A stretch of 64,000 bases of DNA. It comes from a bacterium (GTDB lineage: Bacteria > Krumholzibacteriota > Krumholzibacteriia > G020349025). Made by a program: the position numbers and the translations under genes. How positions within the stretch are numbered: the stretch's first letter is position 1; each line of letters starts with the position of its first letter. Of the stretch, positions 37,470-47,116 are shown one piece after another. The stretch is from NCBI GenBank assembly GCA_031362565.1, contig JANLSU010000126.1, forward strand, positions 21,526 to 85,525, written 5' to 3'. A model generated the notes under the pieces. The model worked only from the letters and a program-made list of their open reading frames with translations. It did not search any database and was not told where the DNA came from.

Positions 37470-37529
37470 CCTGGGCTCCCGTCGGCCACCTCTAATATAC
37501 CTCGCCCGGGCCCGGTCCGGGGGAGGCCG

Positions 37530-39242
37530 TCAGGGCTTGGGCCGGGAGGCAGAGACCGTTTGGCCGCCGACGACCGTCAGAAGGACGCGCGTCGCAAGGA
37601 TCTCCGCGGCTGGAACGTGCAGGACATCGCGATCCAGAACGACGAAATCCGCCCGCTTGCCGGTTTCTAGGGTTCCCAGGTCGTGCTCCGTGAAGGACGC
37701 CACCGCGGCCCATGACGTGAAGGCGCGCAACGCTTCCGAACGCGTCAGGCATTGATCGGCCGCCCAGCCTTGGGGCGGAAAGCCGTGGCGATCCTGACGG
37801 GTGATTGCCGCATAGACGCCCAAGAGCGGTTCGATGGATTCCACCGGCGCGTCCGAGCCGCCCGGCAGAATGACGCCGGTCTGACGCAGAGATCGCCAGG
37901 CGTACGCCCCGGCAATCCGCGCCGGCCCGAGCCGGTCCGGTGCCCACGGCATGTCGGATGTGCAGTGCGTCGGTTGCATCGAGGGCAGTACGCCGAGCGC
38001 CGCAACGCGCCGAATGTCTTCCGGCGCCAGGACCTGTGCGTGCTCGATGCGATGCCGGGCGTTCGGGCGCGGGGTTTCCTTGGCGAGTTGCTGGTACGCG
38101 TCCAGTACGAGACGGTTCGCCGCATCACCGATGCAATGCGTCGCGAGCTGAAATCCGGCCGCATGCAACGGCCGGGCGCGCTCCAGAAAGGTCTCGAGGG
38201 TGTACTGCGGCAGGCCGCTCTCGCCGGGCGCATCCGCGTACGGCGCCAAGAGCGCCGCGCCGCGCGAGCCCAAAGCACCATCGACCGCCAATTTCACGGT
38301 GCAGAGCGCGAAATGCATCGTCGGATCGAAGCCTTCGGGCCCGGCGCGCACCGCCCGTTGGACGACGTCATGATCGTCGGTGTCGGGGGTCGCATCCCAC
38401 ATCGCATAGAGGCGCAACGGCAAGTCGCCGGTCGCGAGCATCGCGCGCACGACATCGATGTCGGCTGCCGCCATGCCCGCATCGTGCACGCCCGTCAGGC
38501 CGGCATGCACGCAGTGTTGAAAAGCGCGTTCGAGCCGCAAGCGCCGTTCGGCGGGTGTCGAGGGCGGAATGTGCGCCGTGACGAGTTCCGTCGCGGCGTC
38601 GACGAGAACGCCGGTCGGCGTGCCATCCTTGCGCCGGAGGATGCGCCCACCACTCGGATCCGCGACGTCGCTGCCGATCCCACCCTGCGTGAGTGCCATG
38701 GCGTTGGCGATTGCGGCATGGCCATCGACACGCCGCAAGTACACGGGATGGTCGCCGATCGCCGCCGAGAGTGCTGCGTGGTCCGGGAATTCACGCTCCG
38801 GCCAGTCGTTCTGATCCCAACCGCGGCCGGTGATCCACGCCCCTGGCGCCGCCATTTTTGCCGCCGAATCGACCCGCGCCACGACGGCGTCCCAACTCGT
38901 CGTGCCGACCAGGTTCACGTCGATGAGCGAGCGCCCGAGATTCGCCAAGTGCACATGGCAATCCACGAAGCCCGGCAGAACGGTGTCGCCCTGCAGTTGG
39001 ATCATCCGGGTTCCAGCGCCCACGAGCCGCTGCACGTCCGGCGCCGTGCCGGCGAAGACAATGCGGCCGTCGCGCACCGCGAACGCTTCCACCGTGGGCT
39101 CGGCGTCGACCGTGGCCGGAGGTTCTCCCGCCAGGGTGTAGATCCTGCCGCCCTGCACCACGAGATCCGCCGGCGGCGGCGGGTTGCAGCCGGCAACGAT
39201 CAGGACTCCACATCCGGCCATGAATGCCGGGGTGAATCTCAT
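37530..39242 (-). CDS. YtcJ-like amidohydrolase 3 family lipoprotein
   Basis: Lipobox 'VAGC', 'PGFVDCHVH', 'RVDGH', 'DGALGSRGA', 'HCIGD.AN', 'RIEHAQ', 'GSDAPVE', 'GKRADFVVLD'. Confidence 0.88.
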   Translation of the reverse strand: MRFTPAFMAGCGVLIVAGCNPPPPADLVVQGGRIYTLAGEPPATVDAEPTVEAFAVRDGRIVFAGTAPDVQRLVGAGTRMIQLQGDTVLPGFVDCHVHLANLGRSLIDVNLVGTTSWDAVVARVDSAAKMAAPGAWITGRGWDQNDWPEREFPDHAALSAAIGDHPVYLRRVDGHAAIANAMALTQGGIGSDVADPSGGRILRRKDGTPTGVLVDAATELVTAHIPPSTPAERRLRLERAFQHCVHAGLTGVHDAGMAAADIDVVRAMLATGDLPLRLYAMWDATPDTDDHDVVQRAVRAGPEGFDPTMHFALCTVKLAVDGALGSRGAALLAPYADAPGESGLPQYTLETFLERARPLHAAGFQLATHCIGDAANRLVLDAYQQLAKETPRPNARHRIEHAQVLAPEDIRRVAALGVLPSMQPTHCTSDMPWAPDRLGPARIAGAYAWRSLRQTGVILPGGSDAPVESIEPLLGVYAAITRQDRHGFPPQGWAADQCLTRSEALRAFTSWAAVASFTEHDLGTLETGKRADFVVLDRDVLHVPAAEILATRVLLTVVGGQTVSASRPKP

Positions 39243-39330
39243 CGCCATCCTCCGTGCCGAGGTTCCGGCGGCAGAATACGCGCCGCACCCCGGCGATACA
39301 ACCACGCCGGCGCCTGCTAGACTCGGCCGC

Positions 39331-40515
39331 ATGCCGCGTGTCGCCCGTCCGGAAGATGCAATTCCACTCTTGCGCCGCCGCACTCTCGCCTGGTACCGGC
39401 GCGAGCGCCGCGATCTGCCCTGGCGCCACCGGTGTGACGCTTATGCCATCTGGGTTTCCGAGATCATGCTGCAGCAAACCCGTGTCGATGTCGTCATTCC
39501 CTACTTCGAGCGCTTCATGCACCACTTCCCCACCGTGCAAGCGCTGGCGCAGGCGCCGCTCGCGGCGGTGCTGCAAGCCTGGTCCGGCTTGGGTTACTAC
39601 TCGCGCGCCCGCAACCTGCACACTGCCGCGGCCAGCGTCGTGCGTGACCACGCCGGCATCGTGCCGTCGGACCCGGCGGCACTCGAAGCGCTCCCCGGAG
39701 TCGGCCGTTACACGGCGGGCGCGATTCGCAGTATCGCCTTCGCTGCCAAAGCGCCAATTCTGGACGGCAACGTGGCGCGTGTCTTCGCACGCCTCTTCGC
39801 GGTCGAGACCGCCGTGCAAGCGCCTGCAACCCAGCGCACGATGTGGCGCTGGGCGACGGCGTGGGCGCAGTCGGCCCACCCCGGCGACGCCAATCAAGCC
39901 CTGATGGAATTGGGGGCTCTCGTCTGCACGAAACCGTCACCGGCATGTGAACGCTGTCCGGTGGCGTTGTCGTGCGTCGCCCGCGCCGCCGGGCGTGAAC
40001 GAGCCTTACCCTTGCCGCGCCCGCGCCCCGAACCGCAGCGCGTCGCGCTCGATGCGCTCTTGGCATACGACCAAGAACGGGTCCTTGTCGTGCGGCGTTC
40101 GCACGGCCGGTTGTTGCGCGACTGGTGGGAATTGCCGACAGCCCATGGCAGCGATCGCGCCGGCGCGCGGCCGACGCTCATCGCCACCGTCGAACAGCGC
40201 TTCGCTTGCACGTGCGCGGCGCCGCGGCGCACGGCGCGCGTGCGGCACGGCATTCTGCAGCACGACTTGCACGTCACCGCGTGGTCGGCGGCCGTGTCGC
40301 GACGGCGCCGCACCCGAACCTCGGCCGCGCCGGCGGCCAACACGCCCCGCGCCGGCACCGCGCTTGCGACACTCGAATTAGAAGGACTCGAAGCGCGATG
40401 GGTCACTGCCGAAGAATGCCGCGCCCTGCCGCTTGCAACCCTGGCGCGCAAGTTACTGCGGGCTGCGGCCCTGCACGACGCGCGCTGGGCCGCCTACGTC
40501 CCAACCGCACCCTGA
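39331..40515 (+). CDS. mutY: A/G-specific adenine glycosylase
   Basis: 'RDLPWR', 'VSEIMLQQT', 'WSGLGYYSRARNL', HhH 'LPGVGRYTA', 'DGNV.RV', Fe-S 'C-x6-C-x2-C-x5-C'. Confidence 0.93.
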   Translation: MPRVARPEDAIPLLRRRTLAWYRRERRDLPWRHRCDAYAIWVSEIMLQQTRVDVVIPYFERFMHHFPTVQALAQAPLAAVLQAWSGLGYYSRARNLHTAAASVVRDHAGIVPSDPAALEALPGVGRYTAGAIRSIAFAAKAPILDGNVARVFARLFAVETAVQAPATQRTMWRWATAWAQSAHPGDANQALMELGALVCTKPSPACERCPVALSCVARAAGRERALPLPRPRPEPQRVALDALLAYDQERVLVVRRSHGRLLRDWWELPTAHGSDRAGARPTLIATVEQRFACTCAAPRRTARVRHGILQHDLHVTAWSAAVSRRRRTRTSAAPAANTPRAGTALATLELEGLEARWVTAEECRALPLATLARKLLRAAALHDARWAAYVPTAP

Positions 40516-40518
40516 CGT

Positions 40519-41355
40519 TCAGCGCAGCGCCGACTCGAGCGCCGTGCGGGCGTCGGTGTTGGCGTCCCGATACTTGACGATGAGCGGTGTCGCGAGCGCC
40601 AGTCCATGGGTCTCGGCAAAGGCGCCGCGCAACGGCCGCGTTCCGGGCACGACGACGGCACCCTCGGGAATCTCGAGCCCACCGCCCGGCGGCGCACGCA
40701 AGATTTGTTCGTTGACGACGTCATACACCGGCGTCGATGCCGTGAGAACGACTCCTGCACCCAACACGGCGCGGCGCCGCACGAGCGTTCCCTCGTAGAC
40801 GCCACAGTTGCCGCCCACCAGGACATCATCTTCGATGATGACCGGCCGGGCACCCGGCGGTTCGAGAACGCCGCCGATCTGCGCTGCCGCCGACAAATGC
40901 ACCCGCGCGCCGATCTGGGCGCACGAACCGACGAGCGCATGCGAATCGATCATCGAACCCGCACCGATCGACGCCCCCACATTGATAAAGGCCGGCGGCA
41001 TGATGATGACGCCGGCAGCGACGTGAGCGCCGCGCCGTACCGCCGTCCCACCCGGTACGACCCGGACGCCGTCCTCGAGACGTAAGGCGCGCGGCGGCAA
41101 GTTGTGTTTGTCGAAGAAACGGAGCGGCCCCGCGGCGGGCAACTCGACCACGCGCCCGGTGCGAAACCCGACCAGGATCCCTTCTTTGACCCACAGGTTC
41201 ACGCGCCACTGTCCGTCCGCACCGCACTCCGCAGCCCGCACCGCACCGGACTCGAGCTGCTCGAGAAGAGTTTGAAAGGCGGCTTCGACTTCCGGATCGG
41301 CCGCCGGCCGGGCGCCGGAATAGGCGGCCTGCAGTACGGTTTGCGCCGCGTTCAC
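40519..41355 (-). CDS. dapD: Tetrahydrodipicolinate N-succinyltransferase
   Basis: 'WRVNLWVKEGIL', 'FFDK', 'RVVPGG', 'VGSCAQIG..VHLS...IGGVLEP', hexapeptide repeats. Confidence 0.93.
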   Translation of the reverse strand: MNAAQTVLQAAYSGARPAADPEVEAAFQTLLEQLESGAVRAAECGADGQWRVNLWVKEGILVGFRTGRVVELPAAGPLRFFDKHNLPPRALRLEDGVRVVPGGTAVRRGAHVAAGVIIMPPAFINVGASIGAGSMIDSHALVGSCAQIGARVHLSAAAQIGGVLEPPGARPVIIEDDVLVGGNCGVYEGTLVRRRAVLGAGVVLTASTPVYDVVNEQILRAPPGGGLEIPEGAVVVPGTRPLRGAFAETHGLALATPLIVKYRDANTDARTALESALR

Positions 41356-42368
41356 CGCGATTCCTTTCGCAAGTAGAGCGCGGTGCGCACGTAGAGGTCG
41401 ACCGCCGACAGCACTTCCGCCTTGCCGATGCGCTCTTCGGCACCATGGGCATCGAGAATCGAACCCGGCCCGACGAGGAGCCGCGCCCCGAAACGCCCGA
41501 GATGCGGCACGTCGGTGTTGAAGGCGACAACCGTCGTCGGTTCGCCGGGCACCGTCGCCAAGCGTTGCGGATCGTTCGAGGTCTCCTCGTGCCATTCGAC
41601 CGGCAAGGTCGAATCGGCAAGGATGCGCCGGACGCGTTCACGCACCGCATCGGCCGTGTCGACGACGCGCACGAAGATCTCGGCCTCGGCGCGGGCGGGC
41701 ACGATGTTCGCCCGCAGGCCGCCCTGCACGACGCCGATGTTCGCGGTACCGGCTCCGAGTTCCGGATCGTGCCCCCAGTCCGCGTCGCGCACCACGTTCA
41801 AGATACGCAACAGTTCCAAGACCGCCGACTGGCCGAGTTCCGGATACCCCGAATGCGCCGCCCGGCCCGTGACACGAACCGTCCACTTGAAGCCGCCTTT
41901 TTGCGCCACTGCAAAGGCCGACTCGGTGGGCTCGCCGACAACGGTGTAGCGCACGCTCGGTAAATCGATGTCCGCATTGGCGCGTTTGGCGCCCAGACTA
42001 TCGGTTTCCTCGCCCACCACCAGCAGCAGGCCGACGTCACGTACCTTGGACTCGACAAGGCGTTCGGCTGCAGCCAGCATCGCGGCCAGAATCCCTTTCG
42101 TGTCACAGGCCCCGCGCCCATAGATGTAGTCGCCCTGATCGCGCGCCGGAAAGTGCGGCGGCACGGTGTCGAGGTGCGTGCACAGGAGCACCCGCGGCGG
42201 GTCGAGTGTTGCCAATACGTTGGGACGGCCGGGCGCGGCCGGAAGCAGTTGCACGTTGAAACCGATTTCGCGCAAACATGCGGCACTTGCCTCCGCCATC
42301 GCGAGTTCGTCGCCGGTGACGGACGGGATGTCGATGAAGCGGCGCGTCAGCGCCAAGGGGTCGAGCAC
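41352..42368 (-). CDS. M20 family metallo-hydrolase (DapE/ArgE-like)
   Basis: 'THLDTVPP', 'GRGACDTKG', 'VGEE', 'VGEPT', 'AHS', 'AHGAEE'. Translationally coupled to dapD. Confidence 0.85.
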   Translation of the reverse strand: MLDPLALTRRFIDIPSVTGDELAMAEASAACLREIGFNVQLLPAAPGRPNVLATLDPPRVLLCTHLDTVPPHFPARDQGDYIYGRGACDTKGILAAMLAAAERLVESKVRDVGLLLVVGEETDSLGAKRANADIDLPSVRYTVVGEPTESAFAVAQKGGFKWTVRVTGRAAHSGYPELGQSAVLELLRILNVVRDADWGHDPELGAGTANIGVVQGGLRANIVPARAEAEIFVRVVDTADAVRERVRRILADSTLPVEWHEETSNDPQRLATVPGEPTTVVAFNTDVPHLGRFGARLLVGPGSILDAHGAEERIGKAEVLSAVDLYVRTALYLRKESR

Positions 42369-42560
42369 GAACGGCCTCCGCGGCTTGCGTGATCTGGCGC
42401 AACCCTAGTCGTTCGACGGCGCGCCGGGCAAGCGCGCACCGGCGCAGGGCGGCGAATGGCCGCGCACGGTGCCGATGGCAGCGGCGCGGGCCGGCGTATC
42501 CGCGCGTTGCACACACCTCCGCATTGATTCTCTATGTCGTTGTGATGCAACAGATTCGGC

Positions 42561-42599
42561 GATATTTTTATTGTCACCACCGAGCCCCGGTGCTAGACT
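42561..42599 (+). promoter_or_regulatory. Sigma-70 promoter with UP-like element and extended -10
   Basis: AT-rich GATATTTTTA, TTGTCA (42571-42576), 17-nt spacer, TG-c-TAGACT (42591-42599). Confidence 0.7.
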
Positions 42600-42690
42600 T
42601 TCTTTGGTCTCGGAGCGTCGAGAGCGCCCCTAAATCGATTTCGCTTCTCCAGCGCCGCCTTTTGATTCCCGCACCACATCCGAGGTCCCC

Positions 42691-45528
42691 ATGATCCGGC
42701 CGCATCGCGGTTGGCTCCTGTCGTTCGTGCTGCCGTTCGTCGTTGCCGCGCATGCCGCGGCCGCGCCCGACATCTCGGGCTCGATTGCGACCGGCGCCGG
42801 CGGCGACACCGACCACAAACCGCAGTCCAAGCTCTGGTTCAACGATGGCGCCTGGTGGGGCATCTTTTACGACGGCACGAATCAGAACATCTACAAGCTC
42901 GACAACGGCACGATGGTGGAGCAAGCGTACCCGGATGCAGCGGTCGATTCGCGCGCCGGTTCGCGTGCCGACGTCCTATGGGACGGCACTTACTTGTATG
43001 TGCTCAACTGGCACGCAACGTTGCCGAAGTTTTCGCAATTCTCCTACGATCCGCCGACCCAGACCTATCACCGCCTGGCCGGCTTCCCGGTCGATCTGCC
43101 CATCGCCGGACTCGAGTGCATGGTGATTGACAAGGATTCGACCGGCCGCCTGTGGGCCAGTTTCGAAGAAAACACCGACATTCACGTCATCTGGACGACA
43201 TCGGCCGACCATCTGCAATGGGATTTGACCGGCACGATCATCGAAACCCAGGTCGGCGCCGACGACATTTCCACGACGGTGGCATTCGGCGGCAACAAGA
43301 TCGGTGTTCTGTGGTCCGACCAAGGAAACGATGCCGCATGGCGGTTCGGGTTCCGGTATCACCGGGATCTCGATCCGCCGGATACCTGGCAGGGGCTCGA
43401 AGTCGTCGATGTTGGCGACGAGGTCGATGACCATATCAACGTCAAAGCCGATACCGATGGGCGCCTGTGGTTCTGCGGTAAGAACCTCTTCAACACGCTC
43501 CAGCTATACACCCGCGCCCCGGCCGGCGGCTGGAGCAAGGTCTGGGACGACATCAACCGCGGCAACTGTACCCGGCCGAGCATCGAGATCGACGACACGC
43601 AGAATGCGCTGCACATCTTCTACACCGATTGGACGACGACGCCGAACCCAATCAAATGGGTCACGATGCCGAAGTCGACCATGGTGGTTTCAATGCCGTC
43701 GGTGTACCTGCCGGCCGGCACCTTGTCGTTGAACAACACGACGACGACGAAACAGCACGTTTCGTCGCGCACCGGCATTCTGGCGGCTGCGAGCCGCTCG
43801 GGGCATGGCGACTGGGGCTACACGAATCTCGATACCGACAAACCCACCGTCGCCGCCGTCGATCCGATCGCGAATCAGGCCGGTGTGGCGCTGCAGGCCG
43901 CCATCCAGTTGCGGGCCCAGGACGCCGGTATCGGCGTGCGCCGCAGCTCGATCGCCATGACTCTCGACGGCACGCCGATCGTACCGACCATCGCCGGCTC
44001 GGCCAGCGACTACCTGTTATCGTGGGTTCCGCCGACGCCGCTCACGCCGGGCCATATCTACTCGATCACGACGTCGGTCGAGGACGGCGCCTACCCGCCG
44101 CATGCCGCCACCGTTACGACGCGCTTCAAAGCCGCGATGGACCCGGTGGCGCTCGCCAAGAAAATCAACTTTCAGCCGGCCACGGGCACCATCCCGCCCG
44201 GGTACGACCCGGACAGCGGCCAGTCGTACAATCTCGATCGCGGTTTCGGTTGGGGCCCCGCTCCGACCATGAAGCGCTCCGGAGTTCTGGCGGATGCGCG
44301 CCTCGACACCTACGCCGAGCGCAAGAACAGTTCGTCAAAGGCCCTGTGGTCCTACGATGTCGCCAACGGCGTGTATCGCGTCTCCCTCACGGCCGGCGCC
44401 GCCGACGCCAGCGGCAAGCAGCGCGTCGAAGTCGAGGGCCAAGTGCTCCTCAACAATCAGGTCACCACGGCAGGGCAATTCTTGACGATTTCCGGTTATG
44501 ACGTGACGGTGCTCGATGGCCGGCTGGACGTGAAAATCGGTGGTGCCGGCGGTTCCACCAAGACCCAACTCTGTTTCGTCGAATTCACCTATCAAGGTGA
44601 CGCACCGCCACCGCCGCCGCCGAACGCCCCGGCACCCGAACGCGTCACCGGTTTGACGGTCGCCGCCACGACCCCCGACCTGGACTTGCAGTGGAACGCC
44701 GTGACCCGGGATACGACCGGCGCACTCGTCGCCATCACGCGCTATCACATCTATCGCGGCACGACACCGGCGTTCTTACCGGATCGCGCCGGCCACAGCA
44801 ACCGCGTCGGTATCGTCAGCGGCACGACCTTCCGGGATTTGGGCTCGGGCAACGTCGGCACCGATCTGTACTACTTCGTCACCGCGGAAAACGCCAGCGG
44901 CGTCGAATCGCGCCACTTCTCGAATCTCGGCTTGCGCCGGCGAATCAGCATCGACCCGGCCGGTGCGCCGGCACGCACCGTGTGGCTGGCGCTACCCGCC
45001 GCCCAAGGGTACGGCGATGCCGCGAGCTTGGTGACGAGCATGAACGGCGGCGGCACCGGCCCGGTGACGCGCATCGCGCACATCGATCGCGCCACGCAGG
45101 CCCGTCGAGAATGGCTGCGCCAATCCGGCAGCTGGAGCGGCATCAACTTCGCGCTCGTGCCGGGCGATGCGATCGAGGTCACGGTGGCCACCGCGCTCAA
45201 CTGGAACCTGCTCGGCGCGGAGAACGTCGCACCCGCGTACGACTTGGCGTTCCACACCAACGTCGGCAACGTGAATCTGCTGTCGCTGCCGCTGAATGCG
45301 ATCTACACCGATGCACAATCGCTGGTGCAGGCCTTGAACGGCGGCCCGCTCGCCGGACCCGTGACCAAGGTCGCGTGGCTGAATCCGGCGACCGGCCGCA
45401 CGGAAAGCTGGCTGTGGTTCGCGGACGCCTGGCGCGGCAACAATTTCCCACTGCAGCCCGGAACGGGTGTCGCGGTGCTGGTCGGCGCCGATGTGAACAA
45501 CTGGGCGCCGCGCCTCAAGCAGCCCTGA
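42691..45528 (+). CDS. Large exported multidomain protein: beta-propeller-like, Ig-like, malectin/CBM-like, Fn3-like and two C-terminal repeats
   Basis: Signal peptide; 'KPQSKLW' and 'DSTGRLW' blade-like repeats; 'KINFQP....PPGY..D.G' carbohydrate-binding-like domain; poly-Pro linker; Fn3-like 'L.W...YHIYR...YYFVTAEN'. Confidence 0.7.
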   Translation: MIRPHRGWLLSFVLPFVVAAHAAAAPDISGSIATGAGGDTDHKPQSKLWFNDGAWWGIFYDGTNQNIYKLDNGTMVEQAYPDAAVDSRAGSRADVLWDGTYLYVLNWHATLPKFSQFSYDPPTQTYHRLAGFPVDLPIAGLECMVIDKDSTGRLWASFEENTDIHVIWTTSADHLQWDLTGTIIETQVGADDISTTVAFGGNKIGVLWSDQGNDAAWRFGFRYHRDLDPPDTWQGLEVVDVGDEVDDHINVKADTDGRLWFCGKNLFNTLQLYTRAPAGGWSKVWDDINRGNCTRPSIEIDDTQNALHIFYTDWTTTPNPIKWVTMPKSTMVVSMPSVYLPAGTLSLNNTTTTKQHVSSRTGILAAASRSGHGDWGYTNLDTDKPTVAAVDPIANQAGVALQAAIQLRAQDAGIGVRRSSIAMTLDGTPIVPTIAGSASDYLLSWVPPTPLTPGHIYSITTSVEDGAYPPHAATVTTRFKAAMDPVALAKKINFQPATGTIPPGYDPDSGQSYNLDRGFGWGPAPTMKRSGVLADARLDTYAERKNSSSKALWSYDVANGVYRVSLTAGAADASGKQRVEVEGQVLLNNQVTTAGQFLTISGYDVTVLDGRLDVKIGGAGGSTKTQLCFVEFTYQGDAPPPPPPNAPAPERVTGLTVAATTPDLDLQWNAVTRDTTGALVAITRYHIYRGTTPAFLPDRAGHSNRVGIVSGTTFRDLGSGNVGTDLYYFVTAENASGVESRHFSNLGLRRRISIDPAGAPARTVWLALPAAQGYGDAASLVTSMNGGGTGPVTRIAHIDRATQARREWLRQSGSWSGINFALVPGDAIEVTVATALNWNLLGAENVAPAYDLAFHTNVGNVNLLSLPLNAIYTDAQSLVQALNGGPLAGPVTKVAWLNPATGRTESWLWFADAWRGNNFPLQPGTGVAVLVGADVNNWAPRLKQP

Positions 45529-45531
45529 GCG

Positions 45532-46248
45532 TCAGGCGTCGGCGATTTCGATGACCAGGCGTTTGTTCGATTTGCCCTTGCTGCGGTAATCGACGACGCG
45601 AATCACGCCCACCTCACCGGTCGTGCGGACATGCGTGCCGCCATCGGCCTGCAGGTCGAGCCCGACGATGTCGACGATGCGAATCGTCGCGATGCCCGCC
45701 GGCAGCAAGTTCACCTTGGTGCGCACGAGATCCGGAATGCTCTCGGCTGCCGCACGCGGCAAGCTGCGCACTTCGATGCGGCGGTCGGCGGCAATTTCCG
45801 CTTGTACGGCCTTCTCGACCGCGTGCACGAAGTCCGATCGCATGGACGCCAGCTCGAAGTCCATGCGGGCCCGCAACGGTTCCATCTGCGAACCGGTCAC
45901 CGGCGCCCCGAACTCCCGCCAAATCACTCCACACAAGACGTGCAGTGCGGTGTGCGTGCGCATGAGACGATGCCGCCGCTCCCACTCGATCTCACCCGCG
46001 ACCGCGGCGCCCTTTTCCAGCCGGTGCCCCGGGCAGGTGTGCCAGACCACGCCACCGTCCTTCTGCACTTCGGTCACCGGCGCGTGCGCCGCGCCGCCCA
46101 CCATCAGCCAGCCGACATCATGCGGCTGGCCGCCGCCGGTGGGATAGAACGCGGTGCGATCAAGGTCGACTCGTTCGCCATCCACCCGGACGACACGCGC
46201 TTCGAACGTCTTCAGGTAGCTGTCGCCGTGGAACAGCAATTCGGTCAA
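45532..46248 (-). CDS. Free-standing alanyl-tRNA editing protein (AlaX-M type)
   Basis: 'LDRTAFYPTGGGQPHD', 'MRTHTALH', 'RMDF', 'DGGTHV', 'KGKSNKR'. AGGAGG SD and TTG start. Confidence 0.9.
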   Translation of the reverse strand: MTELLFHGDSYLKTFEARVVRVDGERVDLDRTAFYPTGGGQPHDVGWLMVGGAAHAPVTEVQKDGGVVWHTCPGHRLEKGAAVAGEIEWERRHRLMRTHTALHVLCGVIWREFGAPVTGSQMEPLRARMDFELASMRSDFVHAVEKAVQAEIAADRRIEVRSLPRAAAESIPDLVRTKVNLLPAGIATIRIVDIVGLDLQADGGTHVRTTGEVGVIRVVDYRSKGKSNKRLVIEIADA

Positions 46249-46435
46249 TCGAGGCCTCCTGACGCGAAACTCCGAAGTTGCGTCCCCGGCCCGCAGCCTG
46301 TCAATCCCGGGTGGCGTGTCGAACCGGACGCGCTGGCGTATCGCTTCGGTACGCCGGTGGGGACGCCTTGACCAGGCGGTTCCTTTGGATGACCTAAAAC
46401 GCCGCACTTTCCACACCGCATCCCCGCGACAGGCG

Positions 46436-46451
46436 TGGCATCCGTGTTGCT
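46436..46451 (+). promoter_or_regulatory. Sigma-54 (-24/-12) promoter
   Basis: TGGCAT-CCGTG-TTGCT, with exact GG-N10-GC spacing, in a roughly 290-nt divergent intergenic region that leaves room for enhancer sites. Confidence 0.7.
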
Positions 46452-46543
46452 TCTCGCACCAATGGGGTCCTGCCCGCCGCCTCGGTTTTCGGGGTGGCCA
46501 CGGGCGCCGGGCCCCTGTCTTCGACGCGCCGGTGGGAGGCGCG

Positions 46544-47086
46544 ATGCAACACCTGAGATCCGTCCGGTCGAGCGTCGCTGTGTGCGTCGTGACTCTGTCG
46601 CTGCTTCCCGCGGCGGCCCAAGAGGGCGGTCGCGTGCCGGAGTTGGCGGAGGTTCGAATCCCGAGCGTCGCGATCGGCAGAACGTACTCCGCGTGGCGTC
46701 TTTCAGGAACGCCGGTTGTCGTGCGCAACACGAGCGACGACACGGTGTGCATTCACTTGGACGCGGTGATTCCCGCCCGCCACGATCTGCGGCGCGGCGC
46801 GCTGCCGGTTCCGGACCGGGGATGGATCCACCTCGAGACGAGCGATTTCGTGCTGCCGCCACACAGCGAGGAACAAACCGACGTGCGCCTCACGCTCCCC
46901 TATGACCCGGATCTCGCCGGACACACGTATCAAGTCGATCTGGCCAGCAGCGAGCGCCGGCGCGGCGCGCCTGGGTGGAGTATCGCCGCCGGGCAGCGGA
47001 TGCTGTTCTCGGTCGAGATGGACTATCGCGACGACACGGAAATCGATTTCGCACTGCGGCGCACGTTGACGCCGGCGACTCTGTAA
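46544..47086 (+). CDS. Exported hypothetical protein, probable single Ig-like (PapD/DUF916-like) fold
   Basis: GGGAGG SD, signal peptide ending AAA-Q, and the pattern 'V.NTS...V.I.L...P...WI.L....F.L.P......V.L.LP.D....G.TY'. Confidence 0.55.
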   Translation: MQHLRSVRSSVAVCVVTLSLLPAAAQEGGRVPELAEVRIPSVAIGRTYSAWRLSGTPVVVRNTSDDTVCIHLDAVIPARHDLRRGALPVPDRGWIHLETSDFVLPPHSEEQTDVRLTLPYDPDLAGHTYQVDLASSERRRGAPGWSIAAGQRMLFSVEMDYRDDTEIDFALRRTLTPATL

Positions 47087-47116
47087 AGCACCCGAATCGT
47101 GCCGTGACGGAGGATC

